A stretch of DNA of 38,812 bases from Nemertoderma westbladi (GCA_032718475.1 JAUCBJ010002319.1:1-38812); one strand, 5' to 3'. Counted from the stretch's first letter, positions 1 through 11,698 are shown. A program made the numbers and translations. Notes: generated by a model from the letters alone, not told the origin.

Positions 1-303
1 CATGCCTTGTAGAATGTAATTTTTTCTGGGTACACTGACCATTGTGTAGCTTGTCTTGCCGAGTCACAACTAAATAACCTGTGGGTGGCTATGTATTTTA
101 ATTCAATATTATTATTAATACCATGAAAATTACTTTGAAATGAAATGTAATTAATTAGAACATTAATTTTTTTTTAACAAAAAAAACGTTTTTTTTTTAC
201 TTTCAATAAATCAAAAAAGTGTATTTAATAGTGTACCGGTACCATAATTAGTTCAATTTCAAAATGTGGCAGTTTATAAAATAATATACCATGGTGTGGG
301 GTG

Positions 304-786
304 GGGGATTGTTTCACGAAGCGACATTTAACTAAATGGAAATCGCCGATTTGTAAATAAGGTATTTAAAAAACGGAAGCACATTTAAATTTTACGTCCC
401 TTAATTTAAATGACATGAATTGAAATTTGCCTACTGTCATTTTGCAATACTTTTATGTTATCAATACATGTTGTTATGATTCCATGGTAGTATAGTACTA
501 GTTTTTAAGAATAAGTTAACTGTTCTTAATAGAAATATTATTAAATTTACTGAAAAGCCATGACAGCATGACGACCAGACCAGTTGCTATGCCGTATAAC
601 TATTATTATGTTAATGAGTTTAAATGACACATCATTACGTAAATGATTTAAAGCTAAATGACAGGGGGATAAATGACACGCGAATAGCAGTTTCTTGAAA
701 CATAAAAACTTTCTGTTATAATTAAAGTATTATTTTTAATCTTTCCAATTAAGCCAAATTAAATGACCGTATGTAAAACAGTCCCC
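304..786. mobile_element. Old MITE-like element (PIF/Harbinger-like ends, tentative)
   Basis: Left end GGGGATTGTTTCACGAAGCGACATTTAA versus reverse complement of right end GGGGACTGTTTTACATACGGTCATTTAA. Recurrent internal AAATGAC motifs. No clean TSD. Confidence 0.45.
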
Positions 787-919
787 TCAGTTTAATTATA
801 ATATTATTAATTTAATTTATTAATTCAATTTCATTTGTAATTTCAGTAACTTACTTTATAACTATGATTTTATCATATTAATTCTTAATAGCGGATTTTC
901 TAAATTACTCATCTTTACT

Positions 920-946
920 GGGGGGGGGGGGGGGGGGGGGGGGGGG
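920..946. repeat. Poly-G tract (G27)
   Basis: Read directly. Sits inside the direct duplication CTTTACT(G)27-CTTTACT(G)5. Confidence 0.9.
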
Positions 947-1029
947 CTTTACTGGGGGAATGAACATGTACTGGTGCGCATTACTCAGAATGAGTAGTAT
1001 ACCGACTACTGTACTACAGGCTACAGGTT

Positions 1030-1373
1030 GGGTGCAACCTTCGCCCGAGTACAACCTTCGCCCGCGTCCAATATTCGCCCGCGTCCACACTTCACCCCGG
1101 GGAAAACCTTCGCCCGCAAGGCAATCTTCCACCGCGAACAACCTTCGCGCCCAATAAGATTTGTGTTAGTAACCATTTTAGTTACCAATTAAGGGAAAGG
1201 AGCAGGTTACAGAGACGGCTTCTTCTAACCAAAACAATAAACGATGTTGTTACCAATTTAAGGTAAGGAGCAGGTTACAGAAACGGCTTTTTCTAACCAA
1301 AACAATAATTGTTTAGTTGGCGATGGTTGCTCGCGGGAGAAGATTGTCTGCGGGCGAAGTTTGCTGCGTACCC
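1030..1373. mobile_element. Foldback/MITE-like element with modular subterminal repeats
   Basis: Left arm carries tandem AACCTTCGCCCGCG-like modules (1036-1150). The right arm (1318-1373) is their reverse complement (GCAAACTTCGCCCGCAGACAATCTTCTCCCGCGAGCAACCATCGCC). A central 60-bp core is duplicated at 1181-1240 and 1249-1308. Confidence 0.65.
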
Positions 1374-1444
1374 TACTAAACATTACACATCACGTGTGGC
1401 GGGCATTTTGTTAAAATTCCAAACAATCACACCTGGACTACGCT

Positions 1445-1464
1445 GGGGGGGGGGGGGGGGGGGG
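1445..1464. repeat. Poly-G tract (G20)
   Basis: Read directly from the sequence. Confidence 0.9.
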
Positions 1465-2755
1465 CTCTTCCCCCACACCCACAACTACTATAAATATGAA
1501 TTACAATTTGGGGTCTGGGACCCTACCGTGGGAAATTCCTGGCTACGCGGCTGCAAGCACGTTTACAAGACCTTAGAGATTGAGTTAGGTTAGGTTTGTC
1601 GGCTCTACCGACAAACCGTGCGAGACTATAAAAAAAAAATACCAAAGCAGTGAGTTTTTTGATTCACCTGTCCCCTCTACTGTAGGAAACTGGCTGACAG
1701 AAAACGGACGTGCCCGACAAGTAAACCAATCTTGTAGGAACGTGAGGATGCTACTACCCGGGTTGCCTCTACTGTACGTGTACCTTTCTAACCGCGTGTA
1801 AATAAGCGTGGAACTCCGACATAAACTCACTGTCCAGATTACTGAAAAGAAGGTTACGGTATAGGTTGCTAAATAACGTATGAGCAGCCTGCAGTTTATT
1901 GGTTTATTATACAAATTACTAATGTCCACCGCCAGGGCGCGCATAGCAAATTGGAGGAACAGTTTCGGGTGCGCAGTAGCTAGAGCTGGTGCTCTATCGT
2001 TGAGGTGAGATGGAACAAGTCAGTGAGTCTTACAGTATTTCAGTAGATAAATTTGGGAGGGCAAACGTATGAGTTTAACCTGGAATAAGTAAATTTTCCG
2101 CATGTTTTCACCGCCCTTGGCGCCCATGTGAAGAATACCAGGATATCACTTTTCGGTCAACTTTTTATCGCAATTTTATATATTAAGATTTTTTTTAGAT
2201 TCAGCCCTTCTGTAACCTGTATTTTTGGTTAAAACCTATGACATTCTTCACATGGGGGTAACTGCAAAAGTGAAATATAACAGGCAGAAAGTCTGGTATT
2301 CTTCACTTAAAAATTCTTCACACAAGGGCCGCCCTTGGAGTATAATTAAATCTAGAATCAAAGCGACATGCTGCTGTCAGCTGGTCAAGGGTCCAGGGTC
2401 CATCATAAATTAAATAAATTCAAATAGATAAGGGTCTTCTCCAACGGTAAAAATAATTTAATTAAAATAAGTGAGTACTTTCTGGAGGCCTTTCTTCAGA
2501 CTCTATTTAAACTGATAAACACTAAACCGAACTGTAAAATCACACAGCACAACCGCAAATACCAAAGATACCGGTAGCTCTAAAGTATGCATTAGGAATA
2601 AGGCACATAATGGGGCGAGCACAAAATAGGTGGTACTGTACTATATAATTGTATACATTATTAGACGGGTATACTGTATATAGCGAAAATCATAAAAATA
2701 TGAAGATACAAAGTTTTCTATCTATTTACACTATTATAAATCGGTGGTTTACAAC

Positions 2756-4049
2756 ATGGCATACCAACAAACTTTCGTGGGATATGTCTGCTTGCGGTAG
2801 CTGCCGAAATATACAATAAAATGATTCTATATAGGATTAGGCCTCACATAGAGAAACTACTGCGTAAGAGCCAAAACGGATTTCGACCAAGTAGATCAAC
2901 AATAGCTCAGATACTTGCACTACGGAGACTGATTGAAGGAATTAAGTCAAAGAATCTCCCCGCAGTCATGACTTTTGTGGACTTCAAGAAGGCATTCGAC
3001 TCCATCCATAGAGGTAAAATGCTTGAAATCCTAACAGCTTATGGAATACCAGAAGTAATTGTTGCTGGCATTGGATTGTTATATTGTGACACAGAAGCGC
3101 AGGTACTCTCACCAGATGGTGAAACTGAGTTTTACTCAATCCTGGCTGGCGTACTGCAAGGTGACACATTAGCACCATTACTATTTGTAATTGTGATGGA
3201 TTACGCAATGAGGACGGCCACAAAGGGTGAAGATCTGGGATTCACACTTCAAGAACGCAGAAGTAGTAGATCTAGATATCCGGCAACTACAGTCACAGAC
3301 ACCGACTTTGCGGATGACATCGCCCTGCTCTCTAATACGCTAGCAAATACACAGCTTCTACTAAATAAAGTGGAAAGGGCTGATAAGGAGGTTGGATTGC
3401 ATATAAATGCAACAAAGACCGAATTCATGACCTTTAATGTTGATGGAAACTTGACAACAATTGATAATAATCACCTAAGGAAGGTCGATGACTTCCAGTA
3501 CCTTGGATCATGGATAGAGAGTAGCAAAAAGGACATAGAAGTTAGAAAAGCAAAGGCTTGGGTAGCTCTATCTAAAATGGATACCATCTGGAAATCAGAT
3601 CTCTCCAGGCACCTGAAGACTAAGTTCTTTCTAGCCACAGTGGAAAGTGTAAGTTTATACGGGGGTGAGACCTGGACACTGACTAAATCACTTGAACAAC
3701 GAATTGCAATTGATGGTTGCTACACAAGACTACTAAGGGCACCCCTAAACATCAGCTGGAGACAACACATGACAAATAATAAATGACAAAAATACCACCT
3801 GTATCAACCACCCTCCGTGAACGCAGAATAAGATTCAGTGGGCACTGCTGGCGAAGTAAAGACGAGGTCATACCAGATCTACTTCTCTGGCAACCAACTC
3901 ATGGAAAGCGTAGTCGTAACATATATAGATCAACTTGAAAGGGATACCGAACTTGGGAGAAACGAAATTGCGACAACTATGGAGAATCTGGAAGCCTGGA
4001 AGGATCTCATTTCCACTGTCCGAGTTTGCTCGACCTAGTAGTAGTAGTA
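2756..4049 (+). mobile_element. 5'-truncated non-LTR retrotransposon (RTE/RTE-X-like LINE)
   Basis: RT coding region, a (TAG)5 tail at 4036-4050, and a 10-bp TSD GGTTTACAAC at 2746-2755 and 4050-4059. Confidence 0.92.
2761..4038 (+). pseudogene. Disrupted LINE reverse transcriptase ORF2 fragment
   Basis: Motifs NFRGICLL, QNGFR, FVDFKKAFDS, GVLQGDTLAP, FADD and FQYLGS. Stop at 3784-3786, then RRIRFSGHCWR and TYIDQLERDT in shifted frames. No endonuclease domain. Confidence 0.9.
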
Positions 4050-4774
4050 GGTTTACAACTTAATAAATAGTATTAAATTATATTAACTAAAAATTTAAAA
4101 AAGTTGTCTGATACTTTTATGAAGGGTTGCCATGTAGACACCCACAGAAATTTTCAGGTTCGAGATTCTAACGCAAGAACAGAGGATAGTATAAAGGGAC
4201 GAGGTTAAGCAAAACTAAGCAAACTACACGCATTATCACCAGAAGTAAATAATGACGGAATCCTACTAATGAACTCCATGATACCAACCCGAAAACCAAT
4301 CATAATTCCGCCGTGATCGCCGCTGGTTAACCGCAGATCATACGGGACTGCCATAAGACCATCACTTGGGGTGCATCTGCCTATTGTTATTAATTATCGT
4401 TGACGCTTTAAAAATTTATTATTTTGTCAATAATATAAATAAATAAATCAACAATACCATTTTTTGGCTGTACTGGTATAATACCAAGTTCCGGCTAACC
4501 CAATAAAGATTGCCAATTCAGCCATTGAATGAAACACGATTAGCGGTTAAAATGCTACTAACTGTAGTACTAGTTGTTCAATCTGATTGGCATCTTTTTC
4601 GAGTCACGGAAATGAGGTCCACACAATTTATCGATTAAAAGTTTTAGTTCATCGGTTTTAATATTAATTAATATTTTGCCAAAATTGTAAAACTAAATTT
4701 CTGAGAAATTGGCTGTAAAAACAGAAATATAACAATTCCAGCCGATAACTTTTAAAGAAATGCCGAAATCCTTT

Positions 4775-5085
4775 GTACTACTACTACAACTACTATGTTT
4801 GGAATGCTACATCGAAGCTGCATTATATATGTATTACACAAATATTAAGAATGCTGTGCCGACTTGTCAACAAAATTGCGCCGCCACAACCCTCTATCAC
4901 CCATGACATTTACTAAATCATCCGCATCTTCAAGGCCAGTGTCCTTTAAGATGCGTCTCAAGAAAGTCATGGGCTGTCCACCATGCTTATTCACTCCATG
5001 AGGCTGCCAAAGTACAAGATTATGCACTGGCTGGTCCACACGGCGAAAGCAATGTCCTGCAAAGAGGAGGCGGCCTTGTTCTAGT
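4775..5085 (-). mobile_element. RTE-like LINE 3' fragment (second family)
   Basis: Encodes RLLFAGHCFRRVDQPVHNLVLWQP...GGQPMTFLRRILKDTG. (TAG)n-type tail at about 4776-4795. Probable TSD GAAATCCTTT (4765-4774) / GAAACCCTTT (5086-5095). Confidence 0.8.
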
Positions 5086-5526
5086 GAAACCCTTTCAAAT
5101 GATTTTCGAATGTTTTTCGGTTTCGCTGATTTCATTTCCCATGTCAGTTAAAATGTTTGGTAGAATCTAGTCTGTCTGGCTGTCGGTTGTCTGTCTGTTG
5201 GTGGACAGACCGTCATACGGAAAAAACAATGATACCTCGAGAACTAAAAGAGGTGCAGCTAAGCGGTTTTCATATTTAAAATCCTCATTAAATTATGGTC
5301 TAGATTAAATAAAAAACAAATATTTGAAATATGACCATGAGGGGTGGGGGAGGGGTGGTACTCCCCACTTAACCCTAGAATGACCTGATCTTTGGATCGA
5401 GACACACAGATCTGCGCCATAGGGCACTATAGAGGGAACGTATAGATGGATAAACATATGATAAAAGGTTATCATTGCAAAGATCAGAAAAAAAACTACT
5501 AACAGAATACAAGAACACCATAAGTT

Positions 5527-5532
5527 TTTATT
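5527..5532 (-). promoter_or_regulatory. Candidate polyadenylation signal of the Shroom-like gene
   Basis: AATAAA on the minus strand about 400 nt after the stop, followed by a GU/U-rich tract (cttatggtgttcttgtattctgttagtagtttttttt). A second AATAAA lies at 5574-5579. Confidence 0.5.
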
Positions 5533-5928
5533 AGCAATATTAATTAATATAGGATTCTATAAACAGGAATGCATTTATTACAAACAGAATCGTAAATTCA
5601 ATTATCAGAAAAGTGAATTATTATAGTTATAAAAGTTCATTAAGTCTTCTTTCTATATTGTGGAGCACCAAAGTGGAATAAAATTTAAAACAAATTAAAA
5701 ATTATATCAATTAAATTTGATCACATTAATTCATCTCGCGTTAACAATGGCATATATACTGTAAAGCTGTATTCTACTTTCATAATAAAGTCAAATGTTG
5801 GCAATGTATTGCGAAACCATTAAAAGAGAGATAACCAAAACATCAAGCTTAACTCACCACTTCATGGCAAAACACCAGTCAATTTCAATATCATTAACAA
5901 TAAGTGATTAGCTACATCTGTTTGACCC

Positions 5929-6321
5929 CTACAAGTCCTCGATTATTTCCCCACTTGTATCTGTAAGTATCCCACTCTCATCCTCACTGCTCTCCGCCGC
6001 CCCAGAGCTCTGTTCTGATTGGCTACTGCTATAATCCGCCTCTGGCCTATCATCAAGCAATTCCCATTGGGATTCTAGAAATTCCTCCAGCCCAGATATT
6101 TGATCCCTAGTTCGTCTCTGCCGCTCCTCTATCAGCTTCCCTTCCACCGCCAACCTCGCTTTCATTGTGACGTAATGGTTGTAATCATCGAGTTGTGATT
6201 GGTTGAGCGGTTGACGCAGAGACAACGAGACTGTTTCGCTGCGAATGTCGATGTCAGATTTGAGTTTTTTCGCGTCTAAATATTTCGTTAGTCGCATGTC
6301 CCGTTTAGTAATGAGATCCTC
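5929..6321 (-). CDS. Shroom: Shroom-family gene, terminal coding exon D (ASD2 C-terminal part plus acidic Ser-rich tail)
   Basis: Acceptor tttccattctctcag|GAG. Encodes EDLITKRDMRLTKYLDAKKLKSDIDIRSETVSLSLRQPLNQSQLDDYNHYVTMKARLAVEGKLIEERQRRTRDQISGL..., matching ASD2 DAKELKExxDRR...QLxDYxHFVKMKSAL. TAG stop at 5931-5929. Confidence 0.92.
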   Translation of the reverse strand, partial: EDLITKRDMRLTKYLDAKKLKSDIDIRSETVSLSLRQPLNQSQLDDYNHYVTMKARLAVEGKLIEERQRRTRDQISGLEEFLESQWELLDDRPEADYSSSQSEQSSGAAESSEDESGILTDTSGEIIEDL

Positions 6322-6405
6322 CTGAGAGAATGGAAATTAAACAATTTTAAATAATATATTATTCCCCAATCTGACAATTGGGGACCCGAAGGCTTCTCTT
6401 TCGAT

Positions 6406-7658
6406 AGCTACTACCCGAGGGTAGGGGACGGGTGGTCGCTATTCCTATCTGCTAACCGAAGGTAGGGGTGCGTGCTACTCCTATCTGCTACCCGAAGGTA
6501 GGGATGGGCGCTACTCCTATCTGCTACCCGAAGATAGGGGTGGACGCTACTCCTATCTGCCACCCGAAGGTAGGGGTGGACGCTACTCCTATCTGCTACC
6601 CAAAGGTAGGGATGGGAGCTACTCCTATCTGCTACCCGAGGGTAGGGGTGGGCGCTACTCCTATCTGCTACCCAAAGGTACGGCTGGGCACTACTCCTAT
6701 CTGCTACCCCAAGGTAGGGGTGGGCGCTACTCCTACCTGCTACCCGAAGGTGAAGGTCGGGTTGGGCGCTACTCCTTTCTGCTACCCGAGGGTAGGGATG
6801 GACGCTACTCCTATCTGCTACCCAAAGGTAGGGGTGGGCGCTACTCCTATCTGCTACCCAAAGGTAGGGGTGGGCGCTACTCCTATCTGCTACCCGAGGG
6901 TAGGGGTGGGGGCTACTCCTATCTGCTACCCAAAGGTAGGGGTGGGCGCTACTCCTATCTGCTACCGAAGGTAGGGGTGGGGGCTACTCCTATCTGCTAC
7001 CCGAAGGTAGGGGTGGGCGCTACTCCTATCTGCTACCCGAGGGTAGGGGTGGGCGCTACTCCTATCTGCTACCCGAAGGTACGGCTGGGCGCTACTCCTA
7101 TCTGCTACCCCAAGGTAGGGGTGGGCGCTACTCCTATCTGCTACCCGAAGGTAAGGGGTGGGCGCTACTCCTTTCTGCTACCCGAGGGTAGGGGTGGGCG
7201 CTACTCCTATCTGCTACCCAAAGGTAGGGGTGGGCGCTACTCCTATCTGCTACCCAAAGGTAGGGGTGGGCGCTACTCCTATCTGCTACCCGAGGGTAGG
7301 GGTGGGCGCTACTCCTATCTGCTACCCAAAGGTAGGGGTGGGCGCTACTCCTATCTGCTACCGAAAGGTAGGGGTGGGGGCTACTCCTATCTGCTACCCG
7401 AAGGTAGGGGTGGGCGCTACTCCTATCTGCTACCCGAGGGTAGGGGTGGGCGCTACTCCTATCTGCTACCCAAAGGTAGGGGTGGACGCTACTCCTTTCT
7501 GCTACCCGAGGGTAGGGGTGGGCGCTACTCGTATCTGCTACCCAAAGGTAGGGGTGGACGCTACTCCTATCTGCTACCCGAAGGTAGGGGTGGACGCTAC
7601 TCCTATCTGCTACCCGAAGGTAGGGGTGGACGCTACTCCTATCTGCTACCCGAAGGTA
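6406..7658. repeat. 36-bp quasi-palindromic minisatellite, about 34 units; last unit resumes at 11596-11621
   Basis: Unit GAAGGTAGGGGTGGGCGCTACTCCTATCTGCTACCC. It produces the spurious VGVGATPICYPK ORFs and is interrupted at its TA by the CACTG element. Confidence 0.97.
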
Positions 7659-7890
7659 CACTGAAAAAACAAACTACCGTTCAAAATTTTAAATAGCGTT
7701 TATGGACAAAGAAGCGGCGATTATATTTGACAAGTCAAATAAATTGCGTTTATATTTTTAGTCAAAAAACAAATACCGTTCAAAAGTTTAAACGGCGTTT
7801 ATGGACAATTCCAAGTGTGGCTTATTCACCGAGTCAAAAGCCAGCGTTTTTCTAAATACTCAGTAACAAATAAACTTTGGTATGGGAGAT

Positions 7891-8171
7891 CGGTTTGCAT
7901 ATTACAAATTTTGGTGTCGTTTTTAGCCTATTTTAACATATTAACTTATTTTCGCGAATATTTAATTTCGATATTCACCATTTAAGGTAACTTTTAAAGG
8001 AAAGTAGCAGGTTCTAATGGCAGGCTTTTCTAACCAAAACAATAAACTAAATTTAGGAACACAGTTTAGGTACAATTTTTACTTTTAGGTACTATAAAAT
8101 TGTTTAATATTCATTTAACATTAACCCTATGGGTAGACTGAAACGACACTCCAATGTGCAATTTGCGACCG
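7891..8171. mobile_element. Degenerate MITE-like element nested in the CACTG element
   Basis: Imperfect ~40-bp inverted ends: CGGTTTGCATATTACAAATTTTGGTGTCGTTTTTAGCCTA versus reverse complement CGGTCGCAAATTGCACATTGGAGTGTCGTTTCAGTCTA. The internal core is shared with 1181-1308. Confidence 0.55.
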
Positions 8172-8314
8172 GTTTACCGTAGAATGTTATACAGTAGTTT
8201 ATACAATTTGACAAGATTGTCGGTGGAGACTAAACTAAAGCTAAAATAAGGAGTTCCCAGTAGACCCCTACTGTGAAAAATGTTACACGTTCGTGTGCCT
8301 TCTAGCAGCACTGG

Positions 8315-9975
8315 GGGTATATCTTTTGCGTAGAGGTATAGCCTACATAGAGGCTTCATGTAGGTATGTGTAGCCTACATGTAGATGCACGTGTAGGGTG
8401 AATGTAGGTAGGTGTAGTCCCATAGATATTAATGTAATTTATGTGTCAACTTGCAGTAACGTGATACACGGTCGTCAATCAGGATGTATGGCAATAATCT
8501 CTGATCTCCACGGTACAATACGGTACATCAACATGCAGACCTGTCTGCTGTCAGACAACAGGTTTTACTGCATACTGCAGTACTGTATAAATATCAAACA
8601 TCGCGTTCTGATTATACTAAAGTCCCTTACTCGTCATAAATATTATGCCCTAATAAATTTGAGTATGCTAACGCCACGAAAGGCATCGTTCCATTAGATT
8701 ATTAACTCGTTCTGATTTATATGTTTATTGAGTAAGAGTAACCTAAACAATAACAGCCATCATCGCGGGGATTATAGTCTACCAGAAACCCTGACCCCCC
8801 TCTGCCCCTCTTTATCTGTTTATCAACCATACATCCATGGGACTTGAACAGTACTTCAGCATTGAAATGTTTTGGACGTTTTGTTTTGAAAGTAAAAATA
8901 TAGAAGTCTGGAAGTTTTGTTTGTTTTAATTTTTCAGGCAGTCACATTCCACCAACCAGCAACAGTCCCATCCCTTCCCACTATCCCGCGGACCACCACA
9001 CTGTTTCATTATAAAGTATTCCCATCTCGATGATGGGAATTAATCAGTAATCCGATGGGATTCAAATCCCATCTCGAAGTAACAGCAAAACAATAACACG
9101 AAAGTCAATAGCTTTACAGTTATATTTGATTGCATTGAAAGTTAATAGACAGAAGAAGTTAAATTGCATATCCATTAAAATATCATGAAATTGATACGGC
9201 AGTTTAGTAGATTAAAACGGCCACAGCAAGATTTATAAAATGAAAAATAAGTAAAATCAGCACAGCACACAATATTATCAATATAGACATTGAAGACAAT
9301 TTAATAAACAAATACTATAAAAAAATATCTACTAACAATCAATACATGATATATATAATATATATAATATATATACATCAGCGACTACCATCGCCACTCT
9401 GGTTCAATCAGTCAGTCCGGTATCATTGTTAGCGTTTTGTTGAATCACCCACTCATCCTCAGACCCTCATGGACACCGACGACGAGCTCTAACCCTAACC
9501 GTTAGTCGATTCCTCCTTGACTGGAGGTTCGGGCCGTTCGGCCCATACAAAGTCATTAGCCACCATGCCTGAACCCGCAGGATCATAAGATCTACAGTAT
9601 GTATCGGTATATCGTTCAGTCGTTTTTTCCTTTGTCAGTACTGTAGTATTGATAGGCTCCGTCTCGTGGGTATTCAGGGGACCCCCATTCAGCCATTCGA
9701 CGTATTCGCATCTCCTGGTTGTTTCGGGTACCACCGCCCGCCATATGCGCATCTCTTCGTGGTTGTTCCGGGTACCACCCCCGTTCGCCGCATTCGCATC
9801 TCATCGAGGAAGTTCGGGTCCGGGTACCCGGTGAGGCCTATTCATTCATCATTGTTGTTTTTAAAGACCTACCTACACCTACCTACATTCACCCTACACG
9901 TGCATCTACATGTAGGCTACACATACCTACATGTAGCCTCTATGTAGGCTATACCTCTACGCAAAAGATATACCC
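8315..9975. mobile_element. Non-autonomous Mutator-like element (MULE) nested in the CACTG element
   Basis: 103-bp TIRs (8315-8417 and 9873-9975) starting GGGTATATCTTTTGCGTAGAGG, one mismatch seen. 9-bp TSD CAGCACTGG at 8306-8314 and 9976-9984. Confidence 0.88.
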
Positions 9976-11698
9976 CAGCACTGGACTCGGCTAACCCGAG
10001 AGGATTAAGATTGTCAGTCACTACCGGTAGCTACATTTTCCTACAGAACAGAAGACCTGCCGACAATAAGACCAAGAAATACAGGTACTACAGCTGTCAA
10101 ACTGTACTACCGGTAGGCCTATACAGTTTTTATATCTTGAGTCAGACTACATAAGAATGTCCCCGCTTCTAATCTCCACAGTTTTTATCGTTCTGGGCTG
10201 TGTTGTTATGGCAGAACCATCCAGCCATCTGAACCGCGGGGTAACTGTGTAATCCACCCGATTGCCGATCTGCCGATTCCCGGTCACCACTGCTTTCGAG
10301 CTGCTGCACCGAATCGACGGAGATGTGGGCGACGAACGAATTTAACCTCGACGGGGATGACTGGAAGAAGATCATGGGGATCTTCTACTTCGTACTTCTC
10401 CAACAACTCGAGGCCTAATCGCTAAACTCTGTCTTCTCTCTCTCGCTGGGGATAGTGAGACTGAGACCAACCCGGAACCGAGCCGGACGCGGCCGATGCG
10501 CGGGCACCGACGGCGACGATCAACTATCCCGTCTTTAAAAGGGGAACAAACTATCGGAGTAAGATCGTCCAATGCGAGAGTTCTGACACAATCGTATATT
10601 TGAAATCGTGCCGGTAGGAAAATCAGTAATTTATTCTCCACCAGAAGCCAGAAGCAATCTTGTGCCAAGTTTTATGAATACGATTTTAGAATCGAAACCG
10701 AAGATCGTAAAAAACCGTAAAAACTTCGAAAACCGTCGAAACCGTAAAAAGGTTTGCATTTAAACGCACGATCTTGGCTTCCAAAACTTTCTGAAATTAG
10801 AATTTTAATCGCTAAATCCAACCCGGCAGTTTTAATTTTAAAAATCTCTGAAACTTTGCTCGATGATAGCGTTTCTGATGGAGAAATTTATATTGATAAT
10901 CATTATTGTTCAGAGTTTTAATTTCAATGCAGAATACTTGTATATTGTGTGTGTTCTGTTTGTTTTTAACATTCTTCGGTTTTATCAATTTCACTTGTTA
11001 TATTTATATATAATGCGGTTCATACTTCGACATGAATTAAATGGTTATAGTAGGTTAATCGTATTTATCTATTGAAAGTGTGAAGTCAATTATTATATGA
11101 TGGAAAAATAGGAAGTGAATATAAACAATAAGAATCACCATAATTCTAATTAACTTTATATTGAACTTCTAATAAATCATAAAGTGGTGGGGGAATATTT
11201 TTGGTTTCTAATATAAATATTAAATAAAATACCTAATTATACTCTATCATACGTCAGCAAGCTGCATTGCAGGCGTCGTCGGTTCTCGAAAAAAACGCAA
11301 ATTTATTATAATCAAGATTGAACGCCATTTATTTCAATTATAACTGTGATTCTTTATTAAATAAGCGGCAATTTTTCCAAGATAAACTGCGTTTATAGTC
11401 GCAAATAAACGCATATTTCGAGTATGCAATAAATCGGCGGTTGCTTTTGAAAATACAAACGCAACTTTTTCTTCTGGTAAATAAACGCAATTTGTCGAAA
11501 TAAACGGCGTTCAATTTGGTGAAAAAAAAAATGGCGTTCTTTTTCGAGAATCGCCGTTTTTTTTTATATAAAAACGGTACTATGTTTTTTCAGTGTAGGG
11601 GTGGGCGCTACTCCTATCTGCGGGCTACTCCAATCCCTTGTTTTGTTTAACTGGTACTCATTTTATCGACCCCAGTGGTGGATGAAAGGCTAAGTGGA

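Larger units (their letters stand above)
7659..11595. mobile_element. Non-autonomous CMC/EnSpm (CACTA-like) DNA transposon
   Basis: TIRs CACTGAAAAAACAAACTACCGTT and CACTGAAAAAACATAGTACCGTT (reverse complement of right end), 21/23. TA duplicated at 7657-7658 and 11596-11597, and removing the element restores one 36-bp unit. Many GCGTTT/AAACGC subterminal motifs at both ends. No transposase ORF seen. Confidence 0.85.

Noticed and set aside
905-2413. Short ORFs, a possible plus-strand exon (about 1922-2004) and a CTCF-like motif near 1929
   Set aside because: The ORFs overlap poly-G and MITE sequence and show no recognisable homology. There is no partner exon, and a single imperfect motif is expected by chance.
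5140-5450. Helentron/DINE-like element suggested by (GTCT)n-like microsatellite
   Set aside because: I could not identify subterminal inverted repeats or a 3' hairpin with confidence.
6468-7696. Repeat-protein ORFs (VGVGATPICYPK, GRGGRYSYLLP, VADRSSAHPYL)
   Set aside because: By-products of a 36-bp unit that lacks stops in several frames. Single-base indels shift the frame, a transposon interrupts the array, and it lies in an intron.
10169-10668. Transposase or captured gene in the GC-rich part of the CACTG element
   Set aside because: I found no recognisable motif in the frames examined and the ORFs are short. A translated search would be needed.
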